DNA from: Amoebophrya sp. A120
Taxonomy: Eukaryota > Protista > Dinoflagellata
Assembly (NCBI GenBank): GCA_905178155.1
Contig: CAJINV010000013.1
Location: forward strand, 2,786,158-2,850,157
Length of the DNA: 64,000 nucleotides
Direction: 5' to 3'
The translations under genes and the position numbers were made by a program. Under the pieces are notes generated by a model. The model was not told the origin of the DNA, searched no databases, and worked only from the letters and a program-made list of their open reading frames with translations. Below, piece by piece: positions 1 to 12,673 of this stretch. Each line of letters begins with the position of its first letter. Position 1 is the stretch's first letter.

Positions 1-105
1 ATTTTTTCATGAATATACAAGGTTGTCAACATCGATCTGCAAGCCATATGTTATACTCATGACTCAATCTGCGGGGTGAGGTTTCACACAGAAGTATACA
101 GAGTT

Positions 106-1205
106 CTATCGTACGTCATGCTCTTCAAGTTCAAAATACATGACTTTATTATACTTTTTGTTGTTCTGTCGTTCGATGATGGCGGTCATGAAGTAACCGA
201 TGGACCTTAGCGAGAACAGGTTCGCTTCCAGGGAGATGTAACTGAGACTCGGGCACGTGGTGATGATCTGGCAGATATCAAATGCAAAAATGTCTGGGTC
301 TGGAAAAATGCAAGATTTGTCATGCTTAACAGACTGCGCAGCTAAATGCAAGATTTGTCATGCATATTTCTCATGACCCATGATGCCTGTAATGCATGAC
401 CTAGCATCGCAAACATTCAAAGGGCTTCCTGATGCACGTTCCGCATGAGAAATGCCCTGTCAGTGCAGCACAAACGGCGCCCCTCTTGCTGGTCATGCAA
501 TACAAAACTTTTTAGAGTCCAAAAACAGCATGACAAGTTGCAATCTTCCAGACCCAGACATTTTTGCAATTGATAGCAGATGTCCGCACAGGAGTCCATG
601 GTCAGCTGATTTTTCGACAAGTCGAGCGTGTGCAAACTCGGGCAATCGGTGAGGACTTGCGACAAGGTGGAAAACCCAATATCGGAGATGGCGGACCCCC
701 GCAGCAGTGCCTGCTCCAAGTCCCGCTGACGGAGCCACTGATCCACGGTCCGGATGATTTTGGTCGCGGCTTTGGCCGCCTGCTCCGGCTGCCCGTCGTC
801 CTCGTTCCGCTGCAGTTTCGCGGGCTTCCCCTTCTTGTTCTTATTCCCATCTCGGTCGTCTTTCAGCTGCAATCCGAGAATGATGTTCTGCGCCTCGATC
901 TGCTCCCGCTTCGCGAGCTCCGCGTCGACGGACTTCTGCAGCGTGACGATTTTCGCCTTCAGCTGCGAAATCTCATCGTACTGGTGCTGCCCGGTGGACT
1001 GCTGGGCCGAGAGCTTTTCCGAAAGCTCGGTCAGCTCCTTTTTCAGAGCCTCGTTCTGCTCCTCAACCGGGGCCATCCGAGCCATGGTGTGCGAGTTTTT
1101 TTCGATGTACTCGGGCCAAACAAAATTAGTTTTTTCAACCCTCACGCAAAAAACGATAAAAAAAAACGTGTGGGTGAAGAAACACACAACTGTCACGCTT
1201 TTCAA
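106..1205 (-). CDS. Coiled-coil plus leucine-rich-repeat (RNI-like) protein, spliced; both ends uncertain
   Basis: LRR units CPSLHTLDLSKNQL and CPSLSYISLEANLF join in frame (ADIC|QIITT) when element 276-575 plus one TSD is removed. Confidence 0.65.
276..575. mobile_element. Introner family A (300 bp, includes a 38-bp internal insertion)
   Basis: TIR TATCAAATGCAAAAATGTCTGGGTCTGGAA / TTCCAGACCCAGACATTTTTGCAATTGATA; TSD GCAGA at 271-275 and 576-580. Confidence 0.95.
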
Positions 1206-2593
1206 AAAAGCGACGACAGAGTGGCCTGCGAGGAAGTAGGGATTGCTCGAAAGATTGAGATTTCGTATATACTTAACAGGAGTCCTGTAAAAATTTAACC
1301 GTGGATTAGCAATGTTGTTCTTGACACGGACACGATACTAGAACTACACGGATGTTTTTTACTTCACACTTCTTTGTCTTTCCCAAGATGTCCAAGGCAT
1401 GAGGAACGCGAGTCTAAGTCTAGCTTTAGCATTTTTACGACGTAAACCTAGTGTCCTGGTTCTAATTCTCTTGCACGACGGTGTTCTTCCAGGACGAAGT
1501 TTCGACATGGTAGATGGTGGACTGTACGACGAGATAGTGGAACTTCTGAAGTACGAGGATCTTCTGCAGCTCCGTCCAGAGGTGGCACAAGAACTGTACG
1601 ACAATCACACGCACGACCCGCACGGTGCAATACAGAACGATGGAGGGAAAAGAAACGACAGGCCCGTACTATGTTGTAAATAACTGACGATGTTTTCACG
1701 ACTGCCTGGTTTGTTCCCTTGATGTTCTAGTAAACGAGATTACTCCGTGCCGGAAGAACAGAATATGAGCACGACGAGGCACAATTTCGAAGATGATCCG
1801 AACCACGCCTGTAGCTCCTTGCATTCTTCTTTTCGGCCAAGAGCAAGTGCCCCTCGAGGTGGAGCCTCAAAGCCGCGACTAATGTACCTACACGCTCGTA
1901 CTTGTTTGTGCGCAGCTATTTTCATTATGGTATAGGTCCGAAAAGTTGCAGGACGAGAGCAACTCACTTCTAAAGTGCGGTCCTTTTCACTATACAGTCC
2001 TGCTCGCCATACTTACTTCTTCCTTTATCCCGATCTTTGTAGCTCTCCGGCGCGGTCACCACGCCCTCCACGCGCTCCGGAATGTAGGACAAGGGTGTTT
2101 CTGTCGGATCGATCTTATACCTGCGATTTTTCGACAATATGAACATCTTCGAATTCTCTTTGTACAACGAATCACGACACGGTCGCGCATAAAGAAGGCC
2201 GATGAAGATGATGCAGATCAAAAACAGTATAAAGCAAAATCATCAACTTTAGGATGTGTGGGGAGAAAAGACAGTGCTTCACGCCTCACAGCTTTGTTTC
2301 CCCCAGACTCTTCCCCGAGTATAAAGCAAAATGATTCAATTTCAGGCATAGTGAATTTCAATGATACAGCAAGTCGCTCCAGTCGTATTCCCCCTTGTAG
2401 CCTTTTTCGGAAAGTTCGGTTCGCTTTACGCCACGGTTCAGCTCGACAAAGTCCTCTGGCTGCATTTCCTGCCCGAAGTAGTAGGTGCCTTTAGTAGATG
2501 GTATTGATAATCAGATACGGTCGTAGGTAGTATGCATTTTTTTTGCATATGCTCTTTCACAGAAAACAGAGTAAAAGCTGCACGCATCACAAG

Positions 2594-4217
2594 CTAAGAC
2601 CACAAATGTTGCAATGTAAAAGAAGCATCATCATCTACCCCCCTGCTGCTTTTACTATCTATACCTGTATTCCCTTTGTCCGTGTTGTATTCGTTTGTTT
2701 TCTTCGCATACTCGAAGTTCTTTTCCCTTTCTGCCATCCACTCTTCTTTCCCCGCCGACATCAGCCCGTAGGTCGAAACCAACTTGTCCTTATATCGTTT
2801 CGCCTGCGTCTTGTTTGCGTAGACCGGCAAAATCACCTGCTTGCCCTTCTTCTTCCGCTCGACCCGCTCCTCCCACTGCTTCGCGTACTCTAACTTCTGC
2901 CGGTCCCGCCGCTCGAACTCGGTTTCCGCCCCGATCGCGCCCATCGGGTAGCCGTCGATGTCAAACGGCGCATCCGGCCTTCTGCCGTAGTTCGTGTGCG
3001 GCTTCACGGTTAACTTCCCGTTCTTCGCTTCGTGCGTCCGCACTTTTGACGCGACCATGACGAAGGGCCGGTTGCTGTCTTTCGTCAAAATTCGGGAACC
3101 CTGCGGCACGGACATGGCTTGGTATGTGGACAGCTGGGGGTCGAGCAGCTTCTCGATCTTCTCCAGCGCCGTGGGCTCCTTGTTCGGGTCAACCACACGT
3201 TTCGGTATCGGCGGCTGGATGGAGTCGTTTCGTTTGCCCGCTTGAAAACAGTCCCCGAAAGACTTCTTCTTCACTTCATCTGCTATCAGAACATCGGACT
3301 TGGTCTTGATGTCGAGCTGTTCTTGCTGCGTTTCTGCTCTAGTACCTGTTTTCGCTCCAGCAGTTGAGGAAGAAGTTGTTTTTGCCAATTCCTTTATCCT
3401 GTTTTGCTCGGAAACCGGAAGTTTGAAAATCATCCGCGGGTCGTTTTCCTTAATCCTCGACTTCTCATCCCCGCCATACACAATCCCCCCGCTCGCGAAT
3501 TTCGGCGCGTAGTCGAGTTTTACGGGCGGCTTCTTCCGGTTTTCGTCCACTTTCGCCTGGTATTCAATCTGCGTTTTCAACCGGTTTTTCAAGTCTCTTT
3601 TCTGCTTCTTCTCCTTTTTCTTCTCGTATTTCACTTGATCCGAACCGACAGAAGAGGGGTATGCAATCGCAAATATCGATCTGGGTCTTCTGGAGAAAGA
3701 ATGACACCTTAAGATCATGCTCGGCTAGCAGCTGTGTAGATCTAGAACTAGATTCTGTCACATGCATAAGGCGCAATAAACTCCAGCAGGGGTGGCTTTT
3801 TTGTTATATGCCCAATCGCAATTTCTCATGCGCCGAAGCAGGCCGCAACGAACCCACGCATTCGCATAGCAGCGAGAAAATTTATCATGCGTTGCTGTCT
3901 GTCTACTCAGGTCTCCTGCTTGCCACTCCCATTGTAGCATCACAAGTTCTTTCCAGAACAAAACCAGACCGATTTGCATGTGATAAGGGGGGCGCCGTGT
4001 CGATGTTGGGGACGTGCTTCCACGGCACCTCGTAAGGTTTGTCCGCGGCGTTTTTCGTCTTGCCGCTCAGCGTGAACTTCCGTCCCGTCTCGAGCGCCTT
4101 CAGCCGGGCAGATTCGAGGATGGTGTTCTGGTACACAGAATGGGCGAGTTGGCTGTATTCGTCGGTATCCTCCTGGTTCGCCCAACAGGGCAACCGGTTC
4201 GGCAAGGGGCGGTACAT
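2594..4217 (-). CDS. Uncharacterised basic protein, two exons
   Basis: ORFs 3903-4217 and 2594-3718 join as DTAPP|SSVGSDQ on removal of 3660-3985 plus one TSD. Confidence 0.7.
3660..3985. mobile_element. Degenerate A-like introner (326 bp)
   Basis: Starts TATGCAATCGCAAATATCGATCTGGGTC, ends CCAGACCGATTTGCATGTGATA; perfect TSD AGGGG; frame restored. Confidence 0.8.
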
Positions 4218-4851
4218 CTTTTTATTAGAAGGAGGGGGTAGTCTTTTTATCAGAATGTCGCTGCTCTACCATTGCTTTGCTGCTTGCGGGCCAGCTGCAT
4301 CGACACACAGGTTCTACCTCATGTGAGTGTAAAAGGCATACGAAGCAAAACGAGCGAAATACGAAGGAAGGCGAAGTGGGGGCAGGCCGATAGGTACAGA
4401 TGAACGATGACGATAACCTTTTACAACGCTCGTTCTACACTCTCAACGTAATGGTCATAGCAACACATTCATGCGCTCTCGGATTCCTGCTCTGAAGACA
4501 CTTCCTATGCTCTTTCGAAGATAGAAACCGACGGGGTACGAACTGCGACGAATGAAAAGAAACTGAAGAGAGACGAACAACATTTTTGGTCCTCATCGAT
4601 TACTACTGGTAAAGCGGTACTTCCAGTTTTCGTGTTCGCGTTGACAAATTTCGTATGATTTTGCAGGCCTGTCGTGCACCTACAAAGCTAGATTCGACTG
4701 AGAGCGGTTTTTGACGTACGAGAGTGAATTCAGGCTCAGCGAAGTATTCGGCATTGATCTTTTGACGAAAAGTGCATTCTTGCAAAAACAGAGTTCGTTG
4801 CATACAAACAACAACCGGTACTATTTGAGTGAGATTTACATTTTTCTGAAT

Positions 4852-6613
4852 TTACAGTTCCGACTTCTTCTTTTTTTTCGTGCTCTTCGCCTTCCCAGTG
4901 GTAGCACCACTCTCTCCGCCCGCAAACGCAGTGAGCAAGTGCGTGTCAAAAAACTTCTCCATTCCCTTGTCCTCAGCCTCCTTCGAGGTAAATCGTTTCT
5001 CGGCCACCTCGGAAATTCAATTCGGATACATGTCTTGAACGAAATGTTATGGAAGTAGAAGAACGACGCCTAACAAAATGTGGACCCAAATATTGCTTTT
5101 CTGAATGACCGCAAGATAGTTAGAGCACTTCCCATTTTTTTATACCACTTCCCACTTTGGCGCAACGTCTTTTTCACCAACCTGGTCTTCCAAGAATTGG
5201 ACCACGAAAATCCTGCCAGTCTCGTACTTCTTGTCTACTCCAACTGCCACGCTATCCGAGGTGGACCCGGTTGTACTAGCTTTACTCGTCTCTACTCCCG
5301 ATTCATCGTCCAAACTGAACTCGCTGACCAGGTCCAGAGCGGCGGCCAACTGGCCCACGTCCGCCTGTTTCGCCTTCAGCTTGACCTTTTGTGCAAAAAA
5401 GAGTCGGGAGATATCCACGGAGCTGGTCATGGAAAACATGGCTTGCAGCTTTTTCTTCTTCAGATTCTTCTCCTTTGCAAGCTTCTCCTTCGCGTTCCAA
5501 ACCGCTTGCCGATACGAAAGGATCAGCTGATCGTCGTCTTTTTTCCGCTCCGGAAAAAGACCAATCACCTGTGGTTTTGATATGAAAATCGTGTTCCTGT
5601 AGTTGTCATGACAACAAACTACAAAACAACGGCCTCAAAAGAATTTCGCACAGGACGAGATATCTTGTTAGATAGACTCAAGTATCAAAAACCGTACCCT
5701 GATCTTCCCGGCCATCGCGGTTGTGCCGCTTTTCTTCATCCCGAAAAACTTCGTTTCCAGCTGTTCCTTCGACTCTAATACCTTCGCGAAGTGGATGTTG
5801 TTCGCCCCGTAGTACTTCGAGAGCAAAAACTTGTGCCCTTCCGGCGCGCCCTGGTACAGGGACAGCGCCTTTTTGAAGTCTTCCGTGTCGATGACTACCG
5901 GGTCGCCAAAGTTCTGAAACAGGATGTTGGTGGGCACCTGGTTGGGTTCCAGCCACTTCTCCGAAAACTCCTTTTCCATGTCAATGTCGACCATGCCGAA
6001 CGCGATATTCGTGTACTGCTATGGATTGCAAAAATGTCTGGGTCTGGAAGAATGCAACTTGTGATGCTATTTTTCGAATCTAAAAAAAATCTGTATTGCA
6101 TGAGCAGCAAGAGGCGTCCAGTTTTTGCTCCGTGGAGAGGGCATTTGTCATGCGGGATAGGCATCAAGATACCCGCAAAAAATCTGTCATGCTAGGAGAT
6201 GCATTACAGGCATCATAGCCCATGCGAAATATGCATGACAAACCTGGAAATCTTCCAGACCCAGACATATTTGCAATCCATAACCGCCACTGCCTCGCGA
6301 ATTCCGTGTACTGCTGGTAAATCTTCGCGTTCATCAAATTTGGGTGCGCCCCGGAGTAGAAGAGCAAGTACGCGCGCTCGTGTTTGTTCAGAAACTCCTC
6401 CGGCTCGTCGCAACAGGTACACCCTTTCACCTTCACGCTCAACTGCGTCACTTGGCTGTGGTCGTTTTCGCAGGGCAGGGCGGAGGTCAGCAGGGTGTTA
6501 AACGCAGAGAGAAAGAACATCACTGTGAGAAGTGCGACGGGAGCTCTTGAGGTCAGAAGACGAAAAGAAGTGGGAGAGCGGGGCACAAGCCCTCGCTCAA
6601 AAACGACTGACAT
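4852..6613 (-). CDS. Probable ER thioredoxin-fold (PDI-like) protein, multi-exon
   Basis: Hydrophobic N-terminus; thioredoxin-like segment YLLFYS...IAFGMVDIDMEKEFSEKW..VPT; C-terminal KSEL; one introner plus apparently canonical introns. Confidence 0.55.
6020..6282. mobile_element. Introner family A (263 bp), opposite orientation to 276-575
   Basis: TIR TATGGATTGCAAAAATGTCTGGGTCTGGAAG; TSD ACTGC/ACCGC; joins FARQW(R/Q)|YTNIAFG. Confidence 0.93.
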
Positions 6614-7547
6614 TTTGTAGATTTATTCCGTTGATAGTGATAGTGAAAGGATTCGTTCAGGTAAAGAACTTTGGGTACTAGCTTAACAGTTTCACTTGTG
6701 CACTTTTGCAGGTCAAACTAACTCTTTAGAAACACAGATAAATGCGTCGGGATACTTCTGCAAATTTATACATACGGTAGTGTCAGAAAAAAAAATAACG
6801 AGCGTGAAACGCAACTTCTGGACGTTAAAGCGTAAAGCATGCGGCAAGGGTTCATGAATTCAAACGGGCTAATACCGGGAGTATAAATCAGATCAGTGTT
6901 CTTGCGTCTGTCGCAAAGGAAATAATCGGCGTCGACGTGTTCATGCGTCAGTTTGTTTGTTGCCAGGAAACCAAAACAAGCATCTGAATCGGCTTGCCTA
7001 AAGACAAAAGAGCTTTGAGTTTGACAAAACCAAAAGAGCGAAGAACTACAAAAAACTTCTGCTTCTCTGCCTCTCTCTCTCTGCCTTCTCGTACGTGACA
7101 CAGGTTTTCATTTTGCGGAGAGCAAGAATAAGTTCTCTCACCCGCTCTGGTTTTGTTTCTCATCCTACTACAACTTAAATCGGGCACTAGAACACTTTTA
7201 TTCTCACACACTATGTCGACATGGCACGTACGCCACTCCACGCTTTTTTTCCATCCATGTGAATCTGAAAGTCGTTCCATATTTGCACCAAGATCCACAT
7301 CCAACCACTCTTATCCAACCACTCAAACAAATCCAGCATTTGGAAGAATCTTCCAGCGGTGCGCAACCTAATGAGAGTTTTACTAGTTGACGGAGTTGAA
7401 AAAATATTTTTCTCAAGGCACCGGTGTAGAAGTTTGCATCACCACAAAATAATGGCACATGTGACCACAAAAGCCCTTGACGGTTAGTTCCAGCAGCGCG
7501 TGGTCGACGACCGCTACCACTAGCACCCTTCTTCACGACGACTACCT

Positions 7548-10500
7548 TCAGTCCTCTTTCGCCTCCAGAATTTCGTCGAGTTCCTTCGTTTTCAGTTCCT
7601 TTTTCTCCACTAGCGTTTTGATCTCCTCCTCTGCCGCTTTCCCCATCTCCTCCACGGCTGTCGCGACCGCCTCGGGGGAAGCGTCTGCAGCGACGTTTAA
7701 CTTCTTCAACTCCTTCGCCCGGTTCTCCAGGTACTTGGTCACATTCTGTTTCAGCTTTTTCAAAGTTCCCTTCGCCAGAGGGGTCTCTTCCTTCGTGTCG
7801 ACATTCACACTTGCATATCGAAAGGAAAAATCCCCCCTCCCCATATCGAAGCGGAAATTTCTGTTGCTGGATTTGTGTACACAAATCAGCGTTGTATTGC
7901 AGGAAGGCATTGCGACCAGATCCCCAGGCTAGGTAGGGGCGTATCGGTCTAGTTGGTCAGCATGGCAAATGCCTCGCCTTTAGGCCCAACAGCATGACAA
8001 ATCGCTTCCATAATGGGGGCGAAGCTTCTGCCCTTGCCTCCTTGCAAGACAGATGTCATTTGTGACCTCAAATCAGCAACGCAAATTTTCGGAAACATGC
8101 CTTTTTGATATGGGGAGGGGGAGTTTTTCCTTTCAATATTGCAACCGGCAACCCTTCTTCGTCCCGCTCCTTCGTAAACGTCATGTCCTCCCTATCCTGA
8201 GTAAAAACGTCCCCACACCAGAGTTGTCATGCGACTTTGCCATGACAGGAACATTTGTGATGCGCAACCCCACGACAGGCATTTTCAATCGTGTTTGGGA
8301 AATTGTAATGCTGTAAACAGGATCAGCAGATCGATTTGTGATGCGGCGTTCCTTGCTAACTTGCACTACCTTACGGACTGAAACTTGTCATGCGTGACTC
8401 ACAAAACTCCTAGGTTTGTGTTGCAAAATCCCCATCCTGACTCTGGTGTGGGTACGTTTTTACTCAGGATACTCCCGGGCCAGCAGCCACGCTTCCTTCG
8501 TCGCATATTGCAAGGCGTCTTTGCTCCTTTCCAGCTCCTTCTTCTTCGATCCGATCTTCGTTTCCAGCGACTTCAACTCCACCAGCAACTTTTTCTCCTG
8601 CTCCTGCGCCCGCTCCCGCATCAGCGCATTTGGATCCCGCAAAGTCCACTTCCCTTGCGATCCGGTGGCGCCGGCCGCCATACTCTTTCCGTCCTGCAAT
8701 TCCACACCGAGCTTCACCAAGGTTTTGTCGCGCAGGTCGTCGCAGAGGTCCAGCGTTTGCTTCTGTTTCGCACTCATCGCCTGCTGCTTCACCTCGTCGC
8801 GGAAGCTAACCAGCGCGTCCACGAAGGGCGCGACCAGTTCCTCCTTACTGACCGCACCGGCTCCACTACTCGCGTCGTTCTCGCCCAGCTCGTCGGACCC
8901 GGCGAAGACGCCGAACAGCTTCATGTATTTTGTGACCAACGCGGCGGCCTTGCGCAGGATCAAAACCCGCGGAGACCTTTGCTGCGTCTCCATCGAACTC
9001 ATGTACACGTTGCACTTTTTGATCATTTCACTCAAAATCTGCAGCACCTTCGGGTAGTTGAAGTTGTCCAAAAGCGCCTCGTGGATCTCGGCGTGGGAAG
9101 TCTGGATCATCTTGGACAATTGCTTTTCCTCGTCGCTCCAAACCTGCTCGGTGGCCGACGGGCAGCCGGCGTTCCGGATCTTTTGCTTCACGGTGCCCAT
9201 GAACGACCGGATGCGGTTGTCAAACTCCTGGGCCGTCAGCATCTGGTCGCTGCTGTAGTTCATTTTCCGGTCCCACCGCTGCTGCAGAAACGCGATGCGG
9301 AGCTGCGTCGCGGTGGTTTTCTCCAGAATTTCCTTGATAGAAAAAAAGTTCTTCAGACTCTTCGACATCTTCAGCCCCTCGATGTTCAGCGTGCCCGCGT
9401 GCGTCCAGTAGTTGCACCACTGCTGCGTGCCGTGGTAGCACTCGGACTGCGCCATCTCGTTGGCGTGGTGGGGGAACTTCAAATCCTGCCCCCCGCCGTG
9501 TATGTCCAGCCGGTCCCCCATCAAATCGGACGCCATGACGGAGCACTCGATGTGCCACCCGGGCCGCCCGAGGCCCCAGGGAGACTCCCACCGCGGCTCG
9601 CCGTCCTTGGATTTTTTCCACAGAGCGAAGTCTCGCGGATCCTTCTTCTCGACCGCCAACTTCACGCCCAGCGCGCCCTCGCCCTCCTGCATCGCTTCGT
9701 CGTCGATTTTGTCCTTGTTGCCCTTGGGCCCGAGTTTCGGGTAGTCGTGGTCGTTCTTCTCGAACTGTTTCGTGTCAAAGTAGACGGAGCCGTTGCTCTC
9801 GTACGCGCCCCCGGAAGCGACCATTGTCTTGATGAACTCCACAATCTGCAAAGTATAGTTGGAGGAGACACGAGGTTGATCAGATTTTTGTTTTTCTGAA
9901 ACCATTGAAATAAACCTGTCCTCCTCGTCGTGCCAGCACATCTACTCCTACTTCACAGCGAATAAACTACACGAGAAGCCATTGATTGTGAGGATTCAGA
10001 CAGAACTACTAGTACCTCCCAAGAAAAATCATGCTATCAATCTAAACGTCTGCAATCATCTCGTCTCCGTCTCCCAGCACGACCTTCCAAACAAAAGTAC
10101 TAAGCCATACCTGATCCACATACTCGGTGACGCGCGTGATTGCGTCCGGCGGCCGCACCCCCAGGGCGGCCATGTCGTCCCAGAAGCTGGCTTCGAATTT
10201 CCTCGCGTGGCGCTGAAAGACCATGTTGTCGGTGACAGCGCTTCCCACGGTCTCGTCGAGCCAGTCCTTCAGCTCGTCGCCGAGCACCGACGCCGCGGCC
10301 TCGAAGTCCTTTTTCTCCAACGCCACTCGCGTTTTCTCCGCGGTTTCGAGGAAAGTTTTCTGCTTCAGCTTGAACTTTTCCAACTTTTCCTGCTGTTCCT
10401 CCTCGCTCGGCGGCTTCCACCCTTTCGCGACCGCGGTCTCGATCTGCTGCTGGATTTCCGCGACTAGCTTTTCCTTCTTCGTCCGAAAGTAGTCGTCATT

Positions 10501-11896
10501 CTTCTCCGATAAAATCTTTTCCACGTCCTGGACAAAAGTCGCGCCGTTCGCCGCTAAGAATTTCCCCTCTCTCTGCTTCTTCAAATACTCCGCCAGCAGC
10601 TCGTTCTTCCGGGCGCGGAGGATAATCTTGTCGTCGATGTATCCTGAGTAAAAACGTCCCACACCAGAGTTGTAATGCAGATTTGCAAAGACAGGAAGAC
10701 TTGTCATGCGCATCCCCATGAAAGGCATTTCTAATCGTGTATTGGAATTTGTGATGCTGTGAACAGGATGAGCAGATGAATCTGTGATGCGACTGCAGTT
10801 GCTAACCTGCACTACACTGCGGAGTGCAACTTGTCATGCGTGACTCCCAAAACTCCTAGGTTTGTGTTGCAAAATCCCCATCCTGACTCTGGTGTGGGGA
10901 CGTTTTTACTCAGGATACGATGTCGGTAATGTTCAACTGGTACAGGACTTCGTACCCGAAGTAATCCTCCATCACTCGGCGCATGATGTCAAAGGTCAAG
11001 TACGCCCTCGCGTGCCCCAAGTGTGCGTGGTCGTAGACCGTGGGACCGCACACGTACCAGTTGACTCTCCGTCCCTCGTGCGGCAGGAACGGCTCGACCT
11101 CGTCTGTTAGAGAGTTTGTCATGCGCAGTCCGGAATAGCCCAGGGGGAAGGTTTCCGGGTTCGCGCCGACAATCTTCTCGTAGACCGCCGGCACGTGCCA
11201 CTTGAAATTGTCATTTTTTTCCACCACGAGCGGGGCGCCGCAGCATCCTCCACGGGCCACCATTCTGTTCGAGGGCGACGTTGTTTGTGGGACCAAAACC
11301 GCGTTGGAATCCACGTCGACAATGTTATTTGTCCGGGCAGAAGGGGAAAACTTCGTGCTTGTTCCGGCGGTGGTAGCTGGTGCGGAAGGAGAATTGGTGT
11401 TACTCTCCTGCAGCAAGTGCTTCGCAACAGCCTGATCCGCGGTGGTGGTTTTGTCTTGCGCCTGACCCATCTGGTCTAAGGTCTCCTTGTTTGCCATAGG
11501 AAAATGGATGAAGTTGTAGTTGGAAGAGCTGCGGTAATTGTTCTCGCTGGTATTGATATCTTCTGAGGTAGTTGATGAGGATGTTTTCCCTGTATTTGTT
11601 GCGGCTGCTACAGAAGCTGCATAGGTCGAGGAAATAGTGTTCCGTACACTCCTAAGGTAGTAGTTCAAGGTCGCTGTTGTAGTGACTTCCCGTCGTTGAT
11701 GTGAGTGAGAAGATGTTGAAAATGTGAATGTCAACGCTGACGAAGAAAATCTGCCGCTGGCGAGAACGAACTTGGAGTGACTTTTCGCACTCGCAGTAGC
11801 AGTTGTGGAAAATTTTCTTCTTGTAGCGGGAGAAATCGTTGCGGTTCTAATTTTCTTCAGGGTAAACGTGGCTGCAGCGCTTTTGGCGCTCCACAT
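7548..11896 (-). CDS. CARS: Cysteinyl-tRNA synthetase (class I), 5 exons; alternative start at 11497
   Basis: YVCGPTVYDHAHLGHAR (HIGH), NITDI|DDKII, WESPWGLGRPGWHIECS, DIHGGGQDLKFPHH, KMSKS; canonical GT-AG intron 9846-10110; three introners. Confidence 0.97.
7816..8138. mobile_element. Introner family C (323 bp)
   Basis: TIR TATCGAAAGGAAAAATCCCCCCTCCCCATATC; TSD TTGCA. Confidence 0.93.
8193..8471. mobile_element. Introner family B (279 bp)
   Basis: TIR TATCCTGAGTAAAAACGTCCCCACACCAGAG; TSD CTCCC. Confidence 0.95.
10640..10917. mobile_element. Introner family B (278 bp)
   Basis: Family B TIRs; TSD CGATG; splits the CysRS NITDIDDKII motif. Confidence 0.96.
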
Positions 11897-12673
11897 CAAA
11901 AAAAATTTCGACGATCTTCGGCGAGTTTGCCGGATAAACGTTGCCAAGCGAGACGTGATATGTTGCACAATGAAGGATCCAGTAGTTGTACTTCTAGATG
12001 TTGATGTAGGTATTTTATTACAACAATGTGCAAAAAAATGATTCCAATAATTTTCTAGGCAGCTAACCACTATTTTCGTAGCTACAGGAAAACCAAAAAG
12101 TGAGTTTGTCAATTCAGTCGTGCCTTTTGCACCGCCAGTGGCATTCGATCATCTAGTCGTTTTACCACAGTGCTTGAGTTTCATCACATTTTTTCTCAAT
12201 GCGAGGATCAGTGCTTTGAAGATCTTGAGGCGGTTGATCTATCAACAGTATCACAAAAAATATTTCCGCCCCGTGAGCAAGTGGGACGGAACTGGAACAC
12301 TGTGCACTACACGAGCCGTAGGCCAAAACATGACACTCCTGCTCCGGTGTCTAAATTGATGATCATACTCACTTGTGAAACTCCATCGAGTATTTTTCGA
12401 CGTGTCAAAAATGGTACAGAGAGGTCGTCTTTCCACAAAAGGAAACTCAACTCTTCCAAGAAGGCTTTCAAATTCAAAAGTGAAACCAAAAATCATACAA
12501 GAGATGGAAGCCACTGTCCTGGTTCTCACAACTTCTGCAGTACCTTCCATATGCTTATGATTACTCCAATCCTACAAGACCCGGGGGACACACAGTACTT
12601 TGACCGCAATAAAGTTGTAGTCTTTAGACTGAGGTCAGGTCGTGCCACCACGACTCCTTGCAAGACCCCCTGC

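Noticed and set aside
8385-9899. 504-aa plus-strand ORF and other long plus-strand ORFs (29877-30689, 59448-60401)
   Set aside because: Antisense shadows of GC3-rich minus-strand genes with no recognisable motifs
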